The notes beneath the pieces are model-generated. The model was not told the DNA's origin. It did no database searches and worked only from the letters and a program-made list of their open reading frames with translations. Shown piece by piece: positions 27,974 through 36,569 of a stretch of DNA of 64,000 nt. The translations under genes were made by a program, and so were the position numbers. The DNA comes from Bacteroidota bacterium (GTDB taxonomy: Bacteria; Bacteroidota; Bacteroidia; UKL13-3): NCBI GenBank assembly GCA_013298895.1, contig JAAFJM010000002.1, forward strand, positions 6,427 to 70,426, in the 5' to 3' direction. Every line of letters starts with the position of its first letter. The stretch's first letter is position 1.

Positions 27974-28495
27974 TTGATAAATAAGTTCGGGAAAATTCCA
28001 TTTCAATTAAAAGTTAATAATGAAGGTTGGGAAAATTATTTGAATACAACCACTGACTTTGATGATGAATTTGAATTTGAAGATGCATTTACGATTAATT
28101 GGTGGGCAGACATAAAAATAAGTTTGCAAATTCTGACACCATTTCTTTTGAAATTTGGAGAAATTCAAGAATGGACAAGAAATAGTGAGGGATTAAGAAG
28201 GTTTGGAAACACTTCAACAAACGACATTTGTGCATGTTTTGACGAAAAAACCGATTATATACAAGTACTTAGTTGTAGACTTGACCTTGGCAGACTTGAC
28301 ACCAAAATCATTGAAATAGTTTTTGAAATTGCAGCAAAATTTAATTGCCTACTTATGGACAAACAAGCAAGACTTTTTGAACCTAATATGAAAGAACTTA
28401 TAGGTAATATTGAAAAATCAAATGCTAATAAATTTGTGAATAACCCGACTCAATTTTTTGAAGACTTAACACGCGGACAAATTAAACCTGAATAG
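27974..28495 (+). CDS. Hypothetical protein (acidic N-terminal region; TTG start in the track)
   Basis: The 173-aa ORF has no in-frame ATG until late in the ORF, so it is only real if it starts at TTG. Confidence 0.35.
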   Translation: MINKFGKIPFQLKVNNEGWENYLNTTTDFDDEFEFEDAFTINWWADIKISLQILTPFLLKFGEIQEWTRNSEGLRRFGNTSTNDICACFDEKTDYIQVLSCRLDLGRLDTKIIEIVFEIAAKFNCLLMDKQARLFEPNMKELIGNIEKSNANKFVNNPTQFFEDLTRGQIKPE

Positions 28496-28793
28496 ATCTA
28501 TTAACCAATTACATATGAGATTATAAGTAATGGCATTTGATAGGTTTTCAAAATGCTATTTAACAAAGGGATTAACTAAAATAAGTTTCTCCATATTTAT
28601 TTTACTATTGTCAATCTCCCGCACCATGTGCTGAAACTTTACCATGCTTGGTTTTTGTTCCGCACTAAGTGCTTTATTTTAAACAAAATTTATTAAGAAG
28701 GAACTATAATGTTTAAAAGGTTTAGAATACTTACTTCCCAATCACTTAATTAACTTAATCAACAAATCACCCAATCAAAAATCAACAAATACC

Positions 28794-29933
28794 CTACCCC
28801 TTCACCTCCAATTTTCCATCGGCATGTTTGGCAAAACGGCTTTTGGTGCGGTCGTGTACTTGGTCGTATTTTGGCCAAGGCCAGCCGCCAAATTGTGTTT
28901 TGTGGTAATCTTCAAAAGCTTGGTTTATTTCCTCTTTGGTATTCATTACAAAAGGCCCGTATTGCATTACTTGCTCGCCAATTGGTCTGCCTTGCAAAAC
29001 CAAAATGCTTACTTCAGTATCACCTGCAAAAAGCGCTACATCAACATTTGGCAAAAGTTCCACTGCGCTGTATGGGTTAATATTGGTTTCGGCTAATTTT
29101 AAAGTAGTGCCTTCGTAAAAATAAATGGTTCGGTTTATTCCCACAGAAGTTTTAGGCAAAGTAAACACTGCACCTGCTTGCATTTTTATATTCCAAACGG
29201 CTACTTCGTTTTTAGGGTCGGCCGCCCACGAATTTGGCGGAGGTGTTGTAGCTTTGTACTTTCCAATTTTACCTGCAATTACTTCTACTTTGGTTGTTTT
29301 TTTATTGCCATCAGTATATACATAATTAGGAATTGCTTCGCGCCAAAGCATTTTAAAATGAGGCTCTACCATTTTCTTTTTTGCAGGTAAATTAAGCCAA
29401 ATTTGAAACAGCTCCATAGGATTTTCTTGGTCTTTTTTTATCAATGGAAACATTTCTGAATGTTGTACCCCTTTTCCAGCTGTCATCCATTGCACATCGC
29501 CATCACCATATCGGCCTGCTGCACCCATTGAATCGGCATGGTCAACTATGCCTTTGCGCACCACAGTAATGGTTTCGAAACCTCTATGCGGATGGCCAGG
29601 AAAACCAGGAACGGTTTTACCATGATACATCCTAAAACCATCTTTTATAATAAAATCATCACCCATGTGGCGCCCTTGAAACAGGGTTTTATCGGGACCC
29701 ATTAACTCGTTTCCTTTCGGAAATTTATCTTCGTGGTGCACACAAAACAGAAAAGGGTCGGCTGTTTCCCACTGAAAACCCAAAGGCTTAATTTTTAAAA
29801 TAGGGTTTGGGTTCAAAGCATTATAAGTTTGTTTTAAAGAGTTAGAAAAACCATGAATGGGAGCGGCCAATGCAGCTGAAAAAGCCAACGATAGTCGGCC
29901 TAAAAAATTTCTACGTTCTAATTTATTGCTCAT
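28794..29933 (-). CDS. Pirin-family cupin protein with a Tat-type signal peptide
   Basis: Carries the N-terminal twin-arginine-like motif RRNFLGRLSLAFSAALAA and the pirin metal-binding motifs (HPHRGFETITVV). Confidence 0.8.
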   Translation of the reverse strand: MSNKLERRNFLGRLSLAFSAALAAPIHGFSNSLKQTYNALNPNPILKIKPLGFQWETADPFLFCVHHEDKFPKGNELMGPDKTLFQGRHMGDDFIIKDGFRMYHGKTVPGFPGHPHRGFETITVVRKGIVDHADSMGAAGRYGDGDVQWMTAGKGVQHSEMFPLIKKDQENPMELFQIWLNLPAKKKMVEPHFKMLWREAIPNYVYTDGNKKTTKVEVIAGKIGKYKATTPPPNSWAADPKNEVAVWNIKMQAGAVFTLPKTSVGINRTIYFYEGTTLKLAETNINPYSAVELLPNVDVALFAGDTEVSILVLQGRPIGEQVMQYGPFVMNTKEEINQAFEDYHKTQFGGWPWPKYDQVHDRTKSRFAKHADGKLEVKG

Positions 29934-30149
29934 AAGTAATAAAGTATTAAACCTAAAATAAAGAATTAAGTTTATTCAAAAATAGCCAAAATAATAGTTT
30001 GAACCATTGAACTAGAACAATTATTTTTAACCAAAAGCCCATAAATTAAGGCTTAAAAATTACATTTGACCAAACAAGGCTATTTGCTATATTTGAAACC
30101 GTTTTAAAAACAACAAAGCCTTTAATTTTATAGCTGAAAATCAGTAGAA

Positions 30150-31535
30150 ATGAAACAAACAACAATCAAAAAAGCAGTGAGTTTAAGTGGTGTAGGATTA
30201 CACACAGGGCAAGAAGTTACCATGACTTTTAACCCAGCACCCGAAAACCACGGAATAAAATTTCAACGCATAGATTTACCCAACAAACCCATTATTGATG
30301 CCGATGTAGATAATGTTACCGACTTAAGTCGTGGTACAACTTTAGAGCAAAATGGTGGCAAAGTGAATACTGTTGAGCATGTTATGGCTTCGTTGGCAGG
30401 ATTAGAAATAGACAATTGCCTTATTCATATAAACGCTGATGAAACCCCAATTATGGACGGAAGTTCTCAGTTTTTTATAAAAGCTTTAAAAGAAACAGGA
30501 ATTTTAGAACAAGAAGCAGAGCGCGAATACTTTACCCTACCTTCAAACATTTATTATACCGAAGAAGATAGACAAGTAGAAATGATAGCCATGCCTTTAG
30601 ACGATTACCGTTTAACTGTAATGGTTGATTATAACTCGCCCGTTTTAGGAAGCCAACATGCTTCTATTACTAGTTTAAAAGAGTTTGAATCTGAAATTTC
30701 ATCGTGCCGTACTTTTTGCTTTTTACACGAGTTAGAAATGTTGTATAACAACAACTTAATTCGTGGTGGTGATTTAAATAACGCCATTGTAATTGTAGAT
30801 AGAATAATAAAAGACGATGAACTAGACCATTTGGCTAAAATGTTTAACAAGCCAAAGGTTGAGGTAAAAAAAGAAGGTATTTTAAACAATGTAGATTTAC
30901 GTTTTCATAACGAACCTGCACGTCATAAATTACTAGATTTAGTTGGAGATTTAGCCTTGATTGGCACACCCATAAAAGCTCAAATTATGGCAGCTCGCCC
31001 AGGCCATGCGGCTAATATTGCTTTTGGTAAAAAAATTAAAGCATTAATTAAAAAAACACGTAGCCAAGTAAATGTTCCTAAATACGACCCTAACAAACCA
31101 CCACTATATAATACACAAGATATAGCAAGAATGTTGCCTCATCGCAGTCCATTTTTGTTGGTAGATAAAGTTTTGGAAATGGGCAAAAGTTATTTAACAG
31201 CGGTAAAAAATGTAACATTTAATGAGCCATTTTTCCCAGGTCATTTCCCCGGAAATCCTGTAATGCCAGGTGTGTTAATAATTGAAGCCATGGCTCAAGC
31301 AGGTGGTGTATTGGTACTTTCTCAAGTTGAAGATCCTGAAAATTACAATACCTACTTTATGAAAATAGACAATGCTAAATTTAAAGATAAGGTTGTTCCA
31401 GGTGATACTCTTTTATTTAGATTAGAGTTAATAGCTCCAGTAAGAAGAGGTGTTTGCGTGATGAAAGCATCAGCATTTGTTGGCGATAAGTTAGTGTGCG
31501 AGGCAGAATTAATGGCACAAATAGCAAAAAAATAA
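30150..31535 (+). CDS. lpxC/fabZ: Bifunctional UDP-3-O-acyl-N-acetylglucosamine deacetylase / 3-hydroxyacyl-ACP dehydratase (LpxC-FabZ fusion)
   Basis: The N-terminal ~300 aa have the LpxC fold and motifs (HTLHNG-like, EHxxA). The C-terminal ~150 aa are a FabZ hotdog domain (LPHRSPFLLVDKV...GHFPGNPVMPGVL). This fusion is a hallmark of Bacteroidota. Confidence 0.9.
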   Translation: MKQTTIKKAVSLSGVGLHTGQEVTMTFNPAPENHGIKFQRIDLPNKPIIDADVDNVTDLSRGTTLEQNGGKVNTVEHVMASLAGLEIDNCLIHINADETPIMDGSSQFFIKALKETGILEQEAEREYFTLPSNIYYTEEDRQVEMIAMPLDDYRLTVMVDYNSPVLGSQHASITSLKEFESEISSCRTFCFLHELEMLYNNNLIRGGDLNNAIVIVDRIIKDDELDHLAKMFNKPKVEVKKEGILNNVDLRFHNEPARHKLLDLVGDLALIGTPIKAQIMAARPGHAANIAFGKKIKALIKKTRSQVNVPKYDPNKPPLYNTQDIARMLPHRSPFLLVDKVLEMGKSYLTAVKNVTFNEPFFPGHFPGNPVMPGVLIIEAMAQAGGVLVLSQVEDPENYNTYFMKIDNAKFKDKVVPGDTLLFRLELIAPVRRGVCVMKASAFVGDKLVCEAELMAQIAKK

Positions 31536-31596
31536 TTTTTAATATAACAAAATAAAAATAGCCAAAAGCTAGCTGCCAAAGGCTAAAATTTTTAAA

Positions 31597-32382
31597 ATGA
31601 TATCAAACTTAGCTCAAATAGATACACGCGCCAAAATTGGCAGCAGCGTAGTAATAGGTGCGTTTACCACCATTTACGATAATGTGGAAATTGGTGATGG
31701 AACCGAAATTGGACCCAATGTTACCATATATCCTGGTGCTAGAATAGGTAAAAACTGCCGCATTTTTCCGGGAGCTGTAATTAGTGCTGTACCTCAAGAT
31801 TTAAAATTTGTAGGTGAAGAAACTTTTGCCATAGTTGGCGATAATACTACCATTAGAGAATGTGTTACCATCAACCGTGGCACAAAAGATAAATACAAGA
31901 CAGAAGTTGGAAGCAACTGTTTATTAATGGCCTATGTGCACTTAGCACACGATTGTATTGTAGGAAACAATGTAATTATAGCCAATGGCGTTCAAGTAGC
32001 TGGGCATGTAACCATTGCTGATTATGCAAGAATTGGCGGACTTTCGGCTATTCATCAGTTTGTAAAAGTTGGCCGAAATGTAATGATAGAAGGTGGAAGT
32101 ATGGTTACAAAAGATATTCCTCCTTATGTAATTGCAGGCCGTTATCCGGTAAGTTACGAAGGTGTAAATTCGGTAGGGCTAAAACGCAATGGATTTACAC
32201 AAGAAGAAGTAAATACCATACAAGATACTTACCGTGTTATTTTTATTCATAATAACAATGTAAGCAAAGGAATGGCGCAAGTAGAAGATGCAATTAAGCC
32301 ATCGCCTTTAAGAGATGAAATTTTAGAGTTTATACAAACCTCGGAGCGCGGAGTAATGAAAGGTTTTAATAAAGGAAAATAA
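31597..32382 (+). CDS. lpxA: Acyl-ACP--UDP-N-acetylglucosamine O-acyltransferase
   Basis: Has an N-terminal hexapeptide-repeat region and the LpxA-specific C-terminal helical domain; 261 aa. It lies immediately downstream of lpxC/fabZ. Confidence 0.85.
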   Translation: MISNLAQIDTRAKIGSSVVIGAFTTIYDNVEIGDGTEIGPNVTIYPGARIGKNCRIFPGAVISAVPQDLKFVGEETFAIVGDNTTIRECVTINRGTKDKYKTEVGSNCLLMAYVHLAHDCIVGNNVIIANGVQVAGHVTIADYARIGGLSAIHQFVKVGRNVMIEGGSMVTKDIPPYVIAGRYPVSYEGVNSVGLKRNGFTQEEVNTIQDTYRVIFIHNNNVSKGMAQVEDAIKPSPLRDEILEFIQTSERGVMKGFNKGK

Positions 32383-32401
32383 TTATAAAAGTAATACCCA
32401 T

Positions 32402-32441
32402 AAAAAAGGTGGTTCAAACTAATTTGAACCACCTTTTTTTA
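32402..32441. terminator. Bidirectional rho-independent terminator
   Basis: AAAAAAGGTGGTTCAAA-ctaa-TTTGAACCACCTTTTTTT. Confidence 0.75.
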
Positions 32442-32459
32442 TTTTGTTAAACTAGAAAA

Positions 32460-33296
32460 TTAATTAAAAACTACCACTTTATTAGTTGCAATATTTTCGC
32501 CAATTTGTGTTTGAATAAAATAAACTCCATTTGCCAATTGACTAGTTTCTATTTGTTTATTAATTAATCCACTAATATTTTCTTCAGTTGATTGGTAAAC
32601 TATTTTCCCTTCTAAATTTACCATTTTAATAACTAAATTACCTTTTTGAGCAAGTGCAACATTAACATTTATAAAATTGCTTGCTGGATTAGGATAAGCC
32701 GAAACAGTAATTTTATTACTATTAAAATTAGCAATTGATGCAGTTCCGTTTTCTTTAACTCTTAAGGTTGAAAGCTGAGTTACGTCTCCACCTTTGTGTC
32801 CATCTTGATTGGAGTTAAATGCCCCATAAAATACCACATCTCCTGTACCTGCTGTTGGTGCAATCCAATTAAAAGTCCAAGACATAAAATCTTGACTAGC
32901 AACACTTGCAGCTCTGTAGGTAACATATTTACTATTTCCGACTAATTTAGTTTTTACAGTATCGCTTATTACTAATGTTCCAAGCAAATCACCATTAAGT
33001 TTTTGTGGGGAAACTAAAAAACCAAATCTATTATGACCTAATGAAGTATTTTTAGCCGTAATCGTATAAGTGTTACCTGGTATATAACCACTTGAAGGTA
33101 TATTAGAAGTAATCCAACCTGATACAGAATAAGCATTGCCACCATGACATTTGGTACAATTTTTTAAGCTATCGCCAGGCGAACCTGTAAACCCAGGCTC
33201 AGTACCATCAATCTTCCCTAAACTTGCTGTTCCAAACGACTCAAGAAGGATAAGTGTTGAAATACCAATTAGAATTGTAAAAACAACTTTTTTCAT
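32460..33296 (-). CDS. T9SS C-terminal-domain cargo protein (hypothetical, Cys-containing N-terminal domain)
   Basis: Has a signal peptide (likely start MKKVVF at 33296) and an unknown domain with CTKCHGG. The C-terminus (ITVSAYPNPASNFINVNV...GVYFIQTQ...VVVFN) is a T9SS CTD. Confidence 0.65.
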   Translation of the reverse strand: MKKVVFTILIGISTLILLESFGTASLGKIDGTEPGFTGSPGDSLKNCTKCHGGNAYSVSGWITSNIPSSGYIPGNTYTITAKNTSLGHNRFGFLVSPQKLNGDLLGTLVISDTVKTKLVGNSKYVTYRAASVASQDFMSWTFNWIAPTAGTGDVVFYGAFNSNQDGHKGGDVTQLSTLRVKENGTASIANFNSNKITVSAYPNPASNFINVNVALAQKGNLVIKMVNLEGKIVYQSTEENISGLINKQIETSQLANGVYFIQTQIGENIATNKVVVFN

Positions 33297-33344
33297 ATTT
33301 AAAATATTAAAATACAAATAAAGTTAAAAATAAGAACAAAACAA

Positions 33345-33575
33345 TTAGGGCATTACATAAAAATTATTCCAACATTTTCGGCACCAATATTTATGTGTTT
33401 TACTCATAAACAAAACTTTTTTTATAAAAAAACCACGTTCTATGCGCTCTGTATCAAACGACTTACAAACTTTACATTGAGTATGTTTTTGACTAAAAAA
33501 GTAAATAGCCAACCTAATAATTAGAAGAGCTAAAAAGGGAAACGTTGCGGAAACAATTAAGATATAACTTATCAT
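33345..33575 (-). CDS. Possible small membrane-anchored Cys-rich (zinc-ribbon-like) protein
   Basis: The 76-aa ORF has one N-terminal TM helix and then CKVC...x23...CRKC. Confidence 0.3.
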   Translation of the reverse strand: MISYILIVSATFPFLALLIIRLAIYFFSQKHTQCKVCKSFDTERIERGFFIKKVLFMSKTHKYWCRKCWNNFYVMP

Positions 33576-33712
33576 ATTTTGTAAGTATTACTTTAACAAT
33601 AGTTATGCCAATAGCAAATAACTTTATTAAAAATACATACGAGTATTACGGCAAAAGAGATTTAATTGTTTTTAATAATTTGTAAAAATTTTACACTTAG
33701 TTGTAAAATCAG

Positions 33713-34933
33713 TTACTTTTTCTTTTTAACTTCAAACTTTGCTGCATCTTTCATTAAAGCTTTCCAGTTTTTATTTCCATCGTCACTAAAATCTAAGGTT
33801 TCAACATAAGTTTCTTTATCAACCTCTAAACGAGGAATTTCATAGCCTAAAAAAGTTTCAATATCTTTTAAAAGTTTAGCTTCTTCTTTGCTGCTAAACG
33901 AAACCGCTTTTCCCGATTTCACTCCCCTACCTGTTCTTCCAACTCTATGAACATAGTTCTCTAGTAAGTCGGGTAAGTCATAATTAATTACATAATCTAC
34001 ATTTTCAATATCAATACCACGGGCGCTTAAATCCGTGGCTATTAATATTTTTACTTTACCATTTCTAAAGTCAGTCATAACAGCCAATCTATCTTCTTGC
34101 TCTTTCCCTCCATGCATAGTAAGTGTTTCAATGCCTACACGTTGCATAGCTGTAAAAACCCTTTCAGCACGCACTTTGGTTCTTACAAAAACCAAAAATT
34201 TACTTTCGGGAGCTTCTTTTATTAATCGTTCTAGGAAAAAGCGCTTGTCATCCATTTCAACAAAAGCCACCGCATGGCTCACATTTTTTGAAACTGGATT
34301 TTTAGGCGAAATTTGAATGCGAATTGGATTAGCACCAACTACTGAGTAAGCCAAAGTTTTTATTTGTCGGTTAATAGTTGCCGAAAAAAATAATGTTTGA
34401 TGCACGCGCGGAATACGCTTTATAATATCATGAATATCTTTAATAAAACCTTTATCAAGCATTTTATCAGCTTCATCCAACACTAGCATTTCAACCCTAC
34501 TTAAATCAATATAACCTTGACTTTGCAAATCGAACATGCGACCAGGAGTGGCAATAACTATATCAGCACCAACTGTTAAATCAAAAATTTGATTGTCTTG
34601 CTCCACTCCGCCCATTAAACAAACTATTTTCAGGTTGGTGTATTTGGCTATATTTTTAAAAACTTCGGTAATTTGTACAGCTAACTCGCGTGTTGGTAAT
34701 AAAACCAAACTTTTAATATAAGTACCTTTTTTTTTGCGTTGCAATAGCAAATGAATAATCGGAATGGCAAAAGCTGCTGTTTTTCCAGTGCCTGTTTGTG
34801 CAATACCCAATACATCTTCGCCTTTTAAAATGGGACCAATGGCCTTAAACTGAATATCAGTTGGACGCCTGAAGCCCAATTCTGCTATACTTTTTTTAAT
34901 TTCATCGGCAATATTGTATTCTTCAAACTTCAT
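33713..34933 (-). CDS. DEAD-box ATP-dependent RNA helicase (RhlE-like)
   Basis: Carries the Q-motif, Walker A AQTGTGKT, DEAD (VLDEADKML), SAT and HRVGRTGR motifs. Confidence 0.9.
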   Translation of the reverse strand: MKFEEYNIADEIKKSIAELGFRRPTDIQFKAIGPILKGEDVLGIAQTGTGKTAAFAIPIIHLLLQRKKKGTYIKSLVLLPTRELAVQITEVFKNIAKYTNLKIVCLMGGVEQDNQIFDLTVGADIVIATPGRMFDLQSQGYIDLSRVEMLVLDEADKMLDKGFIKDIHDIIKRIPRVHQTLFFSATINRQIKTLAYSVVGANPIRIQISPKNPVSKNVSHAVAFVEMDDKRFFLERLIKEAPESKFLVFVRTKVRAERVFTAMQRVGIETLTMHGGKEQEDRLAVMTDFRNGKVKILIATDLSARGIDIENVDYVINYDLPDLLENYVHRVGRTGRGVKSGKAVSFSSKEEAKLLKDIETFLGYEIPRLEVDKETYVETLDFSDDGNKNWKALMKDAAKFEVKKKK

Positions 34934-35012
34934 ATTTATTTACTTTAACAACAGTTTACAAAAATGCATTTTTTAATGCATTAAATTAGCAACAACCAAT
35001 TTGTTTTAAATA

Positions 35013-35047
35013 AAAAAAGCCCTTGTAACTAAATTACAAGGGCTTTT
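35013..35047 (-). terminator. Rho-independent terminator downstream of the OmpA-family gene
   Basis: AAAGCCCTTGTAA-ctaaa-TTACAAGGGCTTT. Confidence 0.7.
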
Positions 35048-35065
35048 GAATTTATAAAATTAAGG

Positions 35066-36487
35066 TTACGGTTTTCTAATTAATCTGAACTCAACTTTTC
35101 TGTCTAGTCCTTCAGTTTGCATTTTATATTTTTTTACAAATGCATCACGCTCACTAAATACCAATATTCTATCTTCTTTAATTTCATATATTTTGGTAAG
35201 TTGACGTTTCACAGCCAAAGCTCGCTTTTCAGCTACATTAAATTGAGTCATATCTGGCTTATTTTCGTCAGCATGACCAATTACAGCAACCATTACATTT
35301 GAATCAATAGCCATAATACGAGCAATTTGTTGCAAAAGTGGATATTGTTCTACATGAATGTCATATTTGTTTGGTGCAAAAGTAATTACAGGTAATCCAT
35401 ATCCTTCAGTTGTTAAGGTAATGAAATCGGCTTCTGGTATAGAATCTGAAAACCTCATAACATTAACTGAAGATTTTACTTGAAAAGATTCTGCTGGATA
35501 ATATACGCTTAACATTTGGTTGAAGCCATAAGGATCTGTATCTTCTGTATCTGGTACACCATCAACATCACTATCAAGTGTAATTCCTTTTACATCTACC
35601 TTGTAGCCTGGTTTTGTATTTTTCTCCAAATCAAGATAATCAGGTATACCATCACCATCACCATCGCTTTTTGCAGCTTCTACTGACTTTTGCGCCTTTT
35701 TTGCCAAGTCATCATAAATTACAGCCATTGGATTAACCCAATCCATGTGTTTAGAATTTACAGCGTTAGTAAAATTATAACCAACATGTACCATCATTGA
35801 TCCAAAAAAATCCGGGAAACCTTGATTAACAAATGGCTCGTAAATATCAAATTTATCAGTTTTTGCAATATTCACAACGCCCTCTATTCCAATATCAAAC
35901 TTATCATTTATTTTATACTTAGTACCTAAACCCAAAGGTATGGTTAAATCAACTCCTGTGTAACTACCAGATGTTGGAGAAAAAATTTTCTGACCAGGAA
36001 GTTGTGCTAAAATTTGAGATTCATTTTTATCTCTTTTAGCATCGTTGATTGCTATTGAAAACCCTGAAAACAAATAAACAATGGTATTCGGATTCTTTTT
36101 TCTAAAATTTAATCCACCAACATTAGCTACTAAATGCAATCCAAGTTGTGAAATATTATTAACAAAACCATATTCACTTTTAGGTGATGTAGTTCCTTTT
36201 CCAGAATAAGTAGCATACATTCCTTGAAACCTTAAGCCAATTACATGTCCAAAGGAGTACTTAACGTTCAAGGCAAATGCAGGATTTACAACATCTTGCT
36301 CTATATCAAACACAGTATATGTTCCACCAAGTCCAAGTCCAAGAGACCATCTACTTAAGCTAGCATTTGAGAACTTGTTTTCATTGTCAGTATTTGCTAA
36401 TTTTTTATCTTTACTGTCTGTTATGTTTTGCTGTGCTCTAACAAATTGAGCAGCTAAACAAAGTAAAATTACAAGATATTTTTTCAT
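35066..36487 (-). CDS. OmpA-family outer-membrane protein with thrombospondin type-3 (DxDxDG) calcium-binding repeats
   Basis: The 473-aa ORF has a signal peptide, a beta-barrel-like N-terminal half, TSP3 repeats (DGDGDGIPDYLD...DSDVDGVPDTEDTDPYG) and a C-terminal OmpA peptidoglycan-binding domain. Confidence 0.75.
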   Translation of the reverse strand: MKKYLVILLCLAAQFVRAQQNITDSKDKKLANTDNENKFSNASLSRWSLGLGLGGTYTVFDIEQDVVNPAFALNVKYSFGHVIGLRFQGMYATYSGKGTTSPKSEYGFVNNISQLGLHLVANVGGLNFRKKNPNTIVYLFSGFSIAINDAKRDKNESQILAQLPGQKIFSPTSGSYTGVDLTIPLGLGTKYKINDKFDIGIEGVVNIAKTDKFDIYEPFVNQGFPDFFGSMMVHVGYNFTNAVNSKHMDWVNPMAVIYDDLAKKAQKSVEAAKSDGDGDGIPDYLDLEKNTKPGYKVDVKGITLDSDVDGVPDTEDTDPYGFNQMLSVYYPAESFQVKSSVNVMRFSDSIPEADFITLTTEGYGLPVITFAPNKYDIHVEQYPLLQQIARIMAIDSNVMVAVIGHADENKPDMTQFNVAEKRALAVKRQLTKIYEIKEDRILVFSERDAFVKKYKMQTEGLDRKVEFRLIRKP

Positions 36488-36536
36488 GTTTTTTATCTAA
36501 TATTTCGAAATGCTAAAATACTATTTCCTAATAAAT

Positions 36537-36561
36537 GAAAAAGCCCCTTTCGGGGCTTTTA
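36537..36561 (-). terminator. Rho-independent terminator downstream of the SPOR-domain gene
   Basis: GCCCC-tttc-GGGGC with flanking A/T runs. Confidence 0.7.
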
Positions 36562-36569
36562 TCTACATA

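Noticed and set aside
27950-27975. E. coli-like TATAAT and TTGACA hexamers upstream of ORF 27974
   Set aside because: Bacteroidota sigma-A uses -33 TTTG / -7 TAnnTTTG rather than -35/-10 hexamers. The spacing between the two hexamers is also wrong, and TTGACA comes after TATAAT.
28824-29390. Five overlapping plus-strand ORFs of 60-90 aa
   Set aside because: All lie inside, and antisense to, the pirin gene, which has strong family motifs. They are stop-poor frames typical of slightly GC-richer coding DNA.
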